From Nemertoderma westbladi (lineage: Eukaryota > Animalia > Xenacoelomorpha), in the NCBI GenBank assembly GCA_032718475.1, contig JAUCBJ010006694.1:1-64000 (forward strand): a stretch of DNA of 64,000 nt, read 5' to 3'. Positions 12,464-22,821 of this stretch are shown one piece after another. The number at the start of each line of letters is the position of its first letter. Within the stretch, counting starts at the first letter, position 1. Below the pieces are notes generated by a model. That model was not told the DNA's origin. It did not search any database and was given only the letters and a program-made list of their open reading frames with translations. A program made the position numbers and the translations under genes.

Positions 12464-15400
12464 ATGACTGAGTTGATAGAAGATGATCTTGGCATCAGGG
12501 AGCGATATACTCTACCTTTACAAGCGTTTGTCGATAGCTTGATACGCGGCGACGCTGGTCCAACTACTACGGAGGATGATGGTCGTTATATCGAACCGTC
12601 GATGTCCCCGGAGCAACTTACGCGTGAATTGGACTATAGAAAGTTCACCGCTCGCTATACGCATCGTAATGGTACGTATATGGACTTCTTAACTACCGGC
12701 CACCCTATCGATTTACACGATACGGACGATGTGGATACCGAAAGGGAAATGGTTTTATTTAAATATCATACCCAACGGAATCGGAACGATAAGCCAAGAA
12801 TAGAACACGAGAACTCTATTCGAAACCGACTCGAAAGAGAAGACGTTGAAGAACCGGATAAACGCAACGACTTCAACGATTATCTGGAATTCTTGAGAGA
12901 AACATACCTCAATATTGCCAGTCAACAAAATCTCGAAACTCGATATCCTCAAGGTATACATCATGATCCTATGATAGAACTCAAACGACTCTATTTCACT
13001 ATGATGTATCTTACCGCCGATCGACCGCTACCTGTTGTCCCAGATAGCTTCGAACAGATGGAGGAATATTGTAAAACTGGAGAACGATCACCCGCGTTTC
13101 CTCTGCAGGACATGCGTCTTTGGTATTACTGTGACGAATGCCCTAGACCCAATCAGCAAACGGAAAGACATAAACATCCGCGGAGACGTTGCGCTAAACA
13201 CAGTTTTACACGATATACTTACGGGAGTTTCGAGCGAAACCTGTTCGACGTGTCCCCTGCGGTCGCTCGACTCAAGCGATCCTTGAACGAACCGATGATC
13301 AGAGTTCCGGAATACTCGGTCAGACCTCCGCATTCCTCGGTTAGACCTCAAACTCTTGACCCTAATAGTATCACGGATCCTCCCGAACTGTACTCACTGT
13401 TCAAAGATCTAGTGTTACCCGAACAGTTGATCGGTGGCACTCCGGTAGTAGTCTCACGAGACATTCGCCAACCCTACCTAGCTGGACTGGGACGTGGTCA
13501 TCTAATATCGCCGTTTAACCCATACAACCGTCCCGGCTTCACCTCTATCCAACCCGTTACGGAAGTCGAAGAGAGCGTTGTACGAAACGCATTAGACGCT
13601 ATTCGGCAGAAAATCGGAAAGGGAACGTACGATTGTTTGGAGAAGCGTAAATTGCAGCAACAAGTCCAAGCGGTGAAGGAATTAGCTTTACCCCAGTTCG
13701 ATAGAGAAATACAAAATCTCGAGGAGGACATCGAACGTGGACGAACCTACTCTTTACAAGAGTTTCTAGATGAGCGTCTACAACAACAAGCAGAGGAGAA
13801 TCAGCTCGAGGAGAGACATATAGAACTGGATGAGAGAGAAGAAGCGGCTTTAGCTCAACCCGAAGCGCAAATCCTTATGACGGATCTCTACTCTAAAACC
13901 ATTCTTCATCCCTCGATGGTTCCCCATTTCGGAGACAAACTTTTTGCGACGGCACAACCCCAACCGGTTGATATCAACCTAAGATCTCGCGATCTTATCG
14001 CCGACGCTCCTCTGTTGCAGCGTCCGCCCATCGAACCCGCCCGTGTCGATGGTATACTCGTTGAACCTCCGGACAATAGAGCAGATCTTGTCCGTCGCAT
14101 GGTACACGATGTAAACATACGCGCTAGACCTTTACCGGACTCGTTTTATGGGATCAAAGATCACCCTTATTACGTCAATCTAAAACAATATTACATGGTA
14201 AAACCGGAAGATCCTACACATAGTCTGAAGTTTCTACCGTTAATAAATCCTCTCGATCTTGTCGAACTCGAACAACTGCAGAAACATCTGGATCAGTTAG
14301 TTAAAGTAAACTCGTTTCGAAAACCATATAATGTTTCCAGAATAGAGAAAGAAACAATACCTCCGTATAATCTTGATGGATTCATCAAAACTCGTTTAGT
14401 GCACTGGAATCTTGATGTGTTATTCGAGGAGGAAAGAATACAACGATATGGAGATGTGGAAACATATACCACACAATGTTTAAAGTATAAAGACCTGCCT
14501 AATGCTAGCGAATGTGCTACCTTGTGGCATCCTGTGGGAATGACACTCGAAAACGCCACTAAAGAGTGGAACGAAACTCTTAACGTTATCGAGATGTATG
14601 GAGTTGTCACTTACGATAACGAAGGTAGCGTTCCGGTTGGAGAACTTGGAACTACGCGGATGATACACATACGAGGACTCGCTGGTTCTACCCACGTATT
14701 TACTCGAGCGTGTTCCGACGTTATTGATTATTCTTTTGAAACTCTTACTGAGATACAAAAGAAACTCCGACATGGACAATTTGAACTCGCGCAGCTTTAC
14801 GTCACCGACACCGAGCGCAAGCCGGCCATGGGTATCGATGGATCGATGTTACCCCAACCCGTGCTCGAGATGCTGTTTAATGAAGGAATCCTTAAAATCG
14901 GCTCAGCTGTTTATGGAGACCTACAGAACGACTTTCGGAATATGGAGAACATTCCATACCCCTTCGTTGATACTCAGCTGATTGCTCCTTGGGCAGAAGG
15001 CCGAGGTTTCTTCCGCACTACGTATGCCAATACACCCAGCGGAATTACCAAAGTACAACGAACCTCCATCGGACATCTTGCCTTTCAAGAATACGGATGG
15101 AATTTCAAGGTTGGAAATCCTATAAATTACCAACAAGTATACGGAGATCATTATTCTCGTTTATACTTTGATGGACCATTGACCGCAACTGGCGCCGTGT
15201 ATAGCTTTATGAGTGTTCCACTTCGTCCCTCCTTAGCTATATACACGATCTTTGAAAACGCAGCACTTGCCGGTTGGCTAGCCGATGTGTGCAGCCGTAC
15301 CATACGCGCCCATCCCTTAATACTTGGAACCAAACTCGCCAAGTTAGATGAACACAATAAATTCATCCGCTTTGAATGTTTCAGGCGCTTTCTGACTCCG

Positions 15401-16717
15401 TTCCGTAACGTTGATAGTCAGTTCAAGGACCGCGCTCTGACCAAACTCAGCCTGAGAGACTCAGCGGCGGAGAAGCTAAATAGCGCGGGATTTGCCCTTT
15501 TTCAGGACGTTTGTATACAGAACTTGCACTCATCTGTTATACAAAGACCCCGAATACCCACGGGTTATTCTGTCGTCGAAGTTCAGACAGTGGGTCCGCT
15601 TGCGGAGACAGCCGCACCTACCTCAGCTATGCAATTGGAAGACGAACCAATATGCTTAGAAGCTGAAGCGATTCAGCCTACAGCGCCCCGGAGCAGCGAT
15701 AACGACTACGTCTTAGAGTGGTATCAAGGTCCACAATGTCTCACCGCATACGATTATCGACACGCTAACTATGTTTCTCGAAAACGTTGTCGATTATGCG
15801 CATCGAGAGACCATTTCACCCCTATGGACTCAGACGTACCCTGTTCCTATTTCCACGAACAACCAATGATGGAGATATATTGTGCGTATTGCAGACTTAA
15901 TAACTCTCATATTTTTGCAGTCTGCCCCCAATTTATGACTCAATGCCACCACTGTCAATTTAAAGGACATGCGAGTTATAATTGCCCCTTTAATCACGAT
16001 TTAGAGAGTGTAGATGAAATGATTACCCTGCGCTACATCCGAGCTTGGGAAGCTAACGCGGATTTACACTGTGAGTCCCGCCATCGATACTACCCTGGAC
16101 GCTCTTACGAGGGAGTTTACGCGTTCCATCCTTATTTATTAGCGTCTGTGGAACAAAAAACACGCATACCGAGTTACGAGCTAATGAAGCGTGTTGGTGA
16201 GTGTATTTCCACTAAATTTGTTAGAAGATACCTTAGGAACGTCAATCCTAACGATATTACTTCATACCATTTGATCAATTATATCCGTCAAGACCCTGAG
16301 TATGGCGATTTATTTATCAACTCGCACCCTGAGTTACAGGAAGTATCTCGACGGCCCTACGAATATCGAGCCCGAGAACGCGAGCTGGAAAGAACTATTA
16401 AACCAAGGAAGTTTCTCACCACTCACGGTCCGCCTACCGCCATTGCCCAGACAACCCGTCAAGGACCCGTAGGAGCTGCTGTCCTGAGGCGCGCCCTAAA
16501 GGCTGTTAGACCTCGCTCCACGGAAGTTGATATCGATCAACCAGGTATCTCGACCGGCGGATACACCGATCGCAATCCGAAACCTTCTGATGCAATTGTA
16601 TTGCACCCTTCACCCAGGAGTTACAGCCCTCCTAGTAAAGTGGCTCGCCCCAAAGAGAAAAGGACTCTTGCTAGCCTCAAAAAACTGCGTAAACGCCGTC
16701 CGCGTAAGAAAGACTAA
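12464..16717 (+). CDS. Extra ORF2 of the BEL/Pao element (1417 aa): putative DEDDy (WRN/EXD/RNase D-like) 3'-5' exonuclease, CCHC zinc knuckles, basic C-terminus; not env-like
   Basis: Uninterrupted 4.25-kb ORF between pol and PPT. ExoI-like VVTYDNE (D718/E720), ExoII-like LPQPVLEMLFNEGILKIGSAVYGD (D819), FVDTQ, ExoIII-like YTIFE (Y927/E931). Knuckles at C1109-C1174. KKLRKRRPRKKD terminus. No obvious signal peptide or TM segment. Confidence 0.75.
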   Translation: MTELIEDDLGIRERYTLPLQAFVDSLIRGDAGPTTTEDDGRYIEPSMSPEQLTRELDYRKFTARYTHRNGTYMDFLTTGHPIDLHDTDDVDTEREMVLFKYHTQRNRNDKPRIEHENSIRNRLEREDVEEPDKRNDFNDYLEFLRETYLNIASQQNLETRYPQGIHHDPMIELKRLYFTMMYLTADRPLPVVPDSFEQMEEYCKTGERSPAFPLQDMRLWYYCDECPRPNQQTERHKHPRRRCAKHSFTRYTYGSFERNLFDVSPAVARLKRSLNEPMIRVPEYSVRPPHSSVRPQTLDPNSITDPPELYSLFKDLVLPEQLIGGTPVVVSRDIRQPYLAGLGRGHLISPFNPYNRPGFTSIQPVTEVEESVVRNALDAIRQKIGKGTYDCLEKRKLQQQVQAVKELALPQFDREIQNLEEDIERGRTYSLQEFLDERLQQQAEENQLEERHIELDEREEAALAQPEAQILMTDLYSKTILHPSMVPHFGDKLFATAQPQPVDINLRSRDLIADAPLLQRPPIEPARVDGILVEPPDNRADLVRRMVHDVNIRARPLPDSFYGIKDHPYYVNLKQYYMVKPEDPTHSLKFLPLINPLDLVELEQLQKHLDQLVKVNSFRKPYNVSRIEKETIPPYNLDGFIKTRLVHWNLDVLFEEERIQRYGDVETYTTQCLKYKDLPNASECATLWHPVGMTLENATKEWNETLNVIEMYGVVTYDNEGSVPVGELGTTRMIHIRGLAGSTHVFTRACSDVIDYSFETLTEIQKKLRHGQFELAQLYVTDTERKPAMGIDGSMLPQPVLEMLFNEGILKIGSAVYGDLQNDFRNMENIPYPFVDTQLIAPWAEGRGFFRTTYANTPSGITKVQRTSIGHLAFQEYGWNFKVGNPINYQQVYGDHYSRLYFDGPLTATGAVYSFMSVPLRPSLAIYTIFENAALAGWLADVCSRTIRAHPLILGTKLAKLDEHNKFIRFECFRRFLTPFRNVDSQFKDRALTKLSLRDSAAEKLNSAGFALFQDVCIQNLHSSVIQRPRIPTGYSVVEVQTVGPLAETAAPTSAMQLEDEPICLEAEAIQPTAPRSSDNDYVLEWYQGPQCLTAYDYRHANYVSRKRCRLCASRDHFTPMDSDVPCSYFHEQPMMEIYCAYCRLNNSHIFAVCPQFMTQCHHCQFKGHASYNCPFNHDLESVDEMITLRYIRAWEANADLHCESRHRYYPGRSYEGVYAFHPYLLASVEQKTRIPSYELMKRVGECISTKFVRRYLRNVNPNDITSYHLINYIRQDPEYGDLFINSHPELQEVSRRPYEYRARERELERTIKPRKFLTTHGPPTAIAQTTRQGPVGAAVLRRALKAVRPRSTEVDIDQPGISTGGYTDRNPKPSDAIVLHPSPRSYSPPSKVARPKEKRTLASLKKLRKRRPRKKD

Positions 16718-16787
16718 CTGTTTAGAGTATTTTTATATTTTAGAAACTGAGATTTGTTATATTTTGTAGACTTAAATCCCATTTTCT

Positions 16788-16795
16788 GGGAGCGG
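16788..16795 (+). other. Short polypurine tract GGGAGCGG before the 3' LTR
   Basis: Directly abuts TGTAAAAG; the same motif abuts the 3' LTRs of B1 (38605-38612) and B2. Confidence 0.75.
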
Positions 16796-17962
16796 TGTAA
16801 AAGCTTTTGCGTCATTAACCGGTTATTTTCCCTTAAAGTACTCTGTAGTTGGTTTACCAGGCATAAAAAGGCCGTGTCCTTGCTGTACTGGTGTTTTAGA
16901 GGACATAAAAGTCATTTCCTCTGTATTTGTACTTTAGAGGACATAATCCGCAATCTCGTGACGCGATAAGCTGGATACTCTTGAAAACAGTGTCGCTACC
17001 ATGACGACGGCTAACAGCTGATATTGCCACGTCGACGTTTCTTCGTTTCTTTGTTCTCTCGTTGTTCGGTTGACCAATCAGAGCGTTTTTTGTCTCTGTG
17101 TTGGAGGTGTGTACAGAACTCAGTAGTTCAGTGTGTTATGTTTTTGCCCAGAGCCTAAGAACATCGGCTTTTGGCACCTCCGTATATCAGCATTCTTTAG
17201 CTTTACATTAGTAGGCTTAATTATAGAGCGTATATCTGTTATCAAACCAAATCATACCAAAACTCAGTTAACTCACTTAATAATCATTCATACCTTAACT
17301 TTGCTGCTTTTACTGTCGGTTATTCATTATATTGGTTGATGAAATATTATATCGGAATACTGATCAATAGTCAGACACCCCACCTTCTTGATATACTAAA
17401 GGTTAGAGAGACCGGTTACAGATAAACGATTGCGACCTATGTTAAGTGGTTTGCAGTGAATCTAATGCTATTTCATATGCCCAACATAAATTGTCTGTTG
17501 CTCTCTTTATACGTGACTAAATTTAGTGAAGGTCGGCAGATTAGTGTGCAGTATTGTGCAGCATTGTGTATGCGTGTAACTGATAACAAAGCATCTCCTA
17601 AAGAATGCGCCATATACGTGAATCTATAGCCTTTTCGTTGTGTCCAGTTTAAGTCATAACTCTGTTTACATATTTAGAGCGCCACGTCCTAAAGGAACTG
17701 TTAATATTTCCCGAAAGTGAATAATATTTGTCAGAGATTATATATTACGATCAGTCGAATAATACGGTAGGCTTACACCATCAATCATTAAGCTCCGAAC
17801 TCAGTCTCCCGGGTATATCCAACGGGTGAATGATTGCGCATAGACTGGCTTCGGCTAATGTAGTGTATCAAATACTCGTCATAGGCTAAAGACTATCTAT
17901 CATCCAAAAGACATTCTAATTTTGGCAGGTTAAACTGTCAAAGGTCTTCAAAAGCGCAAACA
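16796..17962 (+). repeat. 3' LTR of copy A (1167 bp)
   Basis: TG...CA termini. Homologous to B LTRs (CCAATCAGAGCG box, GGTCTTCAAAAGCGC end). Similarity stops at CA. Confidence 0.9.
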
Positions 17963-18284
17963 CTATATTTCGTATGCCTTCACTCTTGTATGTGGTAAGC
18001 TCAGTAGCTCTTGCTGGAGGTAGAGTTGTCATATACAGTATATGGGTAGTAACCAAGCATCTTGATTACACAACTTCAGTGCTTTTACAGTAAATTGCGT
18101 ATCCCATTACACGAGTCTTTATTACATTGATAACGTGAACTCCCAGTTTTTATCTTTCGTGGTTTTGTATTAGTTCTGTAACCACAGATCTTCTGTTTCA
18201 GTAATTTTTGGAAAATATATGGGTTCCATATATATATATATGATTATCCACGCATTTGGAAGGGCAGTTTGTATTGCTGGCGTA

Positions 18285-18809
18285 AGGCGTAAGGGAAAGG
18301 CATGGGCAGCCTTGAATAGGCTTTCCACGATTTGGAAGTCACCGAGAATTAATCGGAAACTTAAGGTCCGATTATTTAGAGCAGCAGTAGTTCCAGTACT
18401 CCTCTATGGGAGTCCATGCTGGGCTCTAACTGCTGAGGACACCAAATCTCTGGATGGCACACTCACAAGAATGCTACGCCGGGTTCATTGTGTCAAGTAC
18501 AATGCACACATCTCCAACCAGACACTATATAACATTGGAGGTGTCTCATTGGTACCTCCAAGCTTGACACTAGAACAAAATCGCCTCCGCTTTGCAGGAC
18601 ATTGCTTTCGCCGTGAGGACCAGCCAGTGCATAATCTTGTACTTTGGCAGCCTCAAGGAGTGAATAAGTATGGTGGACAGCCAATGACTTTCTTGAGACG
18701 CATCTTAAAGGACACTGGCCTTGAAGATGCGGATGATCTAGCAAATGTCATGGGAGATAGGGAGTTGTGGCGGCGCAATTTTGTCGACAAGCCGGCACAG
18801 CATTCTTAA
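18285..18809 (+). mobile_element. 3' fragment of an RTE-clade LINE (post-RT region)
   Basis: KAWAALNRLSTIWKS...KVRLFRAAVVPVLLYGSPCW...RLRFAGHCFR is typical of the RTE C-terminal region. Confidence 0.75.
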
Positions 18810-19368
18810 AAATGCAGCTTCAATGCAGCATGCCGATACTAGTTAGTTAGTTGTATTGCTGCATATACTAGTTCTAATAGTTGAAAATAGGTCAGCAAAC
18901 GGTTGAATGGTGAACGCGAATTCAGTTCCGTAAAGGTTCCAAGAACCATCTAGAATACGTGGTATATTTCCTTTATATTCTGTGGCATTAAGGAAACTGC
19001 TAATGAAAGTACACATAAGTGTTCCCTTTGCGGGAACAGTATCAATGCTAAAGCTGTGTATCACAGATTTAACATAGTTTAGACATACTGTAACACACTT
19101 TGTTGTACTGTTTGTATATACACCATACAGAAATAGCCAAATACCCCTATCTAAACCAATAGAAATGAGAAGTTACATTCTCACCTCTTAGTAATATATG
19201 CATATTATACATAACATATTTATTTTAGTTAAATTAACCATCTGAATGAAAACTTCAAATACTGCGTACGGCAGGTCTACTGTATGTTTTGAATGACTAC
19301 AATTAGAGCTAAACACCTTAAAAGGCTTTACATAAAATATCATGAATATACTGTATAAGAAAAGAATT

Positions 19369-19584
19369 GGACCGTGGTTTTAGGACCGGGTTTTAGACAT
19401 TTTCACTTTAAGACCGAGACCGGGTTTTAGTCATTTCATTTTTGGGACCGCAAGTTAATGGACCGGGTTTTAGGAATTATTGGGACCGGGTTTTAGTAAT
19501 TTTCATGTGGACAGGGCAAAAATTGGACCGACCGGGTTTTAGGTTCAGTGGACCGGGACCGGCCCGGGTTTTAGATAGTCCCCC
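19369..19584. repeat. Cluster of (G)GACCGGGTTTTAG repeats, probably the subterminal end of a DNA transposon upstream of ADAR
   Basis: About 7 copies of the motif ending in TAGATAGTCCCC. No partner end found. Confidence 0.5.
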
Positions 19585-19903
19585 AGTCCAGTAGTCTGGT
19601 AGTGTAGCGTGTAGCGGTGTAGCTCTTTCTGTCTTTAGAAGTTTGCAGAGTGCAGCAGGCAGCAAGGCAGGTCTGCAGCCTGCAGGTAGTCTGTAGTCTG
19701 GCATCTGACAGTCTGGGTACCCAATAGGCTGATAGCCATAACCATATGCCATAGCCATACACATACACCCATAGGTCTAACATCACCTTACTGTCCTGTT
19801 GCTGTATTGAGCAGTTGAGGGATCAGGACTGTAGGACATTGCTTAGCTGCCTAGGCCTATTTCAGTATTTACAGACTGACAGACTTAAGTTTGAAATTGA
19901 AAG

Positions 19904-21016
19904 ATGGACTTTAAGTTTATGACATACAATTATAGCGTAGAAGGCGGCAGTGGTGACCGAGTAGGCCTAGCTAGCACTACTAATACGTTTGAGCAAGCAA
20001 GTATATCTGTTGACCCAAATATAGACGTAGCCATCGCAGCAGAGATGGCGAAGCAGCAAGCGGAAGCGTTGCAGGCCAACCGGGACTTCGCGTCTGACTC
20101 GTGCGTGGGTCCGCCCGAGGGATGGATAGTGAATGTGCGGTCCCATGCGGGGGAGAACGGGGCTCAACCCGAAGTAGCGCTGCAGTCCCACACGGAGGGG
20201 AACGTGGACCACCCAATTGGGGAAGTACCGAACCCACTGGAATGCGGCGAGGGAAAAAATATGTTGATGATTCTGAATGAGCGTTTCGGGCCGGTTAGCT
20301 GGACTGAAGTCATGTGCGACGGACCGGCGCACAAACGCAGATTCGTAATGTCAGGGGAAGTCAAAGGTCAAACATTCCGCGGCGAAGGGAAGAATAAGAA
20401 GCAAGCGAAAGCGGACGCCGCTGCTAAAGCGTTGAGCGCTCTAGGCGTGGGTAAAGACGCATCGATGCAGGAAGGTTGGGGTGGGGCGGTTGATGGTAAA
20501 GATAGGAAACTAGCGAAGCGAAAGGGAGGTTCCTCAAGCGAGTTTCCCCCAGCGAAACTCTCGAAGTTATCCGAATCTGGGAGCGCCAATAAGTCTGCGT
20601 GCATGTTGCTAAACGAACTGTGTCCGGGACTGGAATACAAACTGGTCTACGAGTCGGGGATAGCCTCCGATAAGAAGTTCACCATGTCCGTGAAGATCGC
20701 GGATGACAGCTACACTGGTACGGGTTCCTCAAAGAAAGCGGCACGGCAATTCGCAGCAAAGGACGCATTGCTGCATCGGTTTAATGTGGCTTACGACACA
20801 GAGGGTGGAGATGCGTCCACCCCGGTGCTAGGCAACCCTGAGTGCGCCAGTAAGGCGAAGGAAGGGAACTCGTTGGCCAATAAGGTGGAGAACTTAATTC
20901 GACAATGTTACGAAACCGAAGTTGAGTCGAAGGTTGATGAGATCTATAAGAGGTGGAAGGTTCTATCCGGAATCGTTATGGAGACAGAGAACGGAGTTAC
21001 TGATAACGATTTTGAG
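19904..21016 (+). CDS. ADAR: ADAR2-type dsRNA adenosine deaminase, coding exon 1 (two dsRBDs and start of deaminase domain)
   Basis: dsRBD motifs KNMLMILNE...GPAHKRRF...GKNKKQAKADAA and KSACMLLNE...GSSKKAARQFAA. RWKVLSGIVM. Donor GAG|GTAATT at 21016/21017, phase 0 (371 codons). Confidence 0.92.
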
Positions 21017-21224
21017 GTAATTATCATGGTTTGGTATTTCTGCATTTATATTATGATCTATATGATCTCTCTTGGTTATTATATCATGTGTGAGCATGGC
21101 TTCTGGCACTCTTTTCCTGGCTGCTTTCCCTGAACTGACATTACTGCAGATTGCCTGGTTTCTGATGTAGGGTGGATGGATATATTTTGTTAATTATTTT
21201 GGTTATCGCAGGGTTAGTAGACAG

Positions 21225-22775
21225 TAGGATGGCTAAAACGTCTGTCCTTATCTGATCTGATCTGACGGTATCTGACACTTGTTCCACCTTGGTTCAGAGC
21301 CCACCTTGGTGTAGTGGTTTTATTGAATTCACATCTCACGGAGGTTGTGGGTTCAACCCCGGCATGGGGGCCAAGGTAGTTTTCGTTTCGTCACGAATGC
21401 TTTGAAGGGTTTAGCGAGGCATCTCTGCCTTGCATCCTTAAATGGTAGCTAAATGAGTACTGGAGTTTCTGCCCATGTCAGTCAATATAACACCCCCCCC
21501 CCCCCCCTCTCTGAAAGTAACGCTACTAACTAAAAGACTAACTGAAAATAACTAAAAGGAATTCATATAAAATAAGCTAGAAATTTTAATCTTGTTTTTT
21601 GCGGCGGGTGCCAAATTTTGGTGCCAGTCCCAAATTTTGATATATTTCAATTTTGTAAATTGATTATTTGAAGCTGTTTTTTCCGCAATAGGGGTTTTAG
21701 GCGTTCTAGTCTCGTTGGAATATATATGAATTGCACCAGGCCTATCATCAACGTTGTATTTTTCGGTGCCGTGTGCAAAATTTGGTGCCAGCAAGAAATT
21801 TTGAAAATTCATTCAATAGTTCAATTGATTGTGACAACTCATAGTCCTATCTATTGTTTTATTGTTATTGTCCTAACAACTATACATCTCAAACTTGTAT
21901 TTTTCGGAAGTATATGGGGTTTCTTGCGTTATACGGATTTGTGAGGGTTCTGAATTCAATGGAATGTGTAAAAATTGCATAAGAATTCTGAAACTTGTAT
22001 TTTTCGGCGGTGGGTGAAAATTTTCAACAACATCGTTTATTGTTTTGGTTAGAAATTGCCACCGCTGTAACCTGCTCTTTTCCTTCAATTGGAAGGTAAA
22101 AACATCGTTTGATTTCCACCTTCCCACCCACCTTACCATCTTCCTTCATCGTTTGGGTATAACAAACTCCACTGTATCAGCTGGCAATCTGGGCAATATG
22201 GGGAATGTTAAAGTGTTTCGCCATATTCGGCAGTAACAGTACTGTACAGAGGTACTGTACCTCTTCCTGCCTTCCCTTTAGCGTAACAAACAAACAATAA
22301 ATATTTTAAATGTAATATACTTATAAGTACAGTATCACTATTTAATAATATTAATTATAATTAATATAAACTTTTACTGTTAATAAACTATTAACAAGAA
22401 AGATTACTAAAATATTGCAGCAAAGGCAGAAAGGCTGTATTGTTTTTAATAAATGATTAATGTTTCAACACCAACTAAATATGCGAAAGTTGTTTACATC
22501 TGAAACTATCCATCTTTGCTGGGACAATCACACAACTTTCATACCCGCCATCCTTCATCCTACTGTATATCGTATTTTTAACATGCCTTTGCTGCATTGG
22601 CTGCATACCGGTATGCCTGAAGGCCTACTGCTCTGTCATATGATGATACTGATACGTAACATGGCAACCTGATCAGCCCTATTGGCTATTTACCTATATC
22701 TCTTTCTCCTGATTGGTTATAGGATCAGATGCCGTCAGATCAGATCAGATAAGGACAGACGTTTTATTCTACCTC
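21225..22775. mobile_element. Non-autonomous Mutator-like element in the ADAR intron
   Basis: 9-bp direct repeat AGTAGACAG at 21216-21224 and 22776-22784. About 41-bp near-perfect inverted repeats at 21235-21275 and 22725-22765. Confidence 0.8.
21299..21370 (+). mobile_element. tRNA-derived SINE head or tRNA-like remnant
   Basis: A-box-like TGGTGTAGTGG and B-box-like GGTTCAACCCC at tRNA spacing; no convincing cloverleaf. Confidence 0.5.
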
Positions 22776-22821
22776 AGTAGACAGTCACTTCCTCTGTAAT
22801 CTCTTTGTTTTTCCTTCATAG

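Larger units (their letters stand above)
1..17962 (+). mobile_element. BEL/Pao LTR retrotransposon, copy A (5' LTR lies just upstream of the window): long 5' UTR, gag-pol, extra ORF2, PPT, 3' LTR
   Basis: Domain order gag (DUF1759-like, triple Cys/His knuckle), protease LLDSGS, RT YMDD, integrase. Base 1 aligns with the base after the 5' LTR of copy B1 (29243). 3' LTR runs TGTAAAAG...AAACA. Confidence 0.95.

Noticed and set aside
15788-15985. Nanos-type zinc finger
   Set aside because: Spacing (CX2CX4-5HX4C) fits retroviral/Air-type knuckles rather than Nanos.
12464-16717. ORF2 as an envelope gene
   Set aside because: Env-like position, but no visible signal peptide or transmembrane anchor; it has nuclease-like and knuckle motifs.
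21017-21133. Hydrophobic C-terminal tail of ORF 19904-21133
   Set aside because: Read-through into the intron past a good splice donor.
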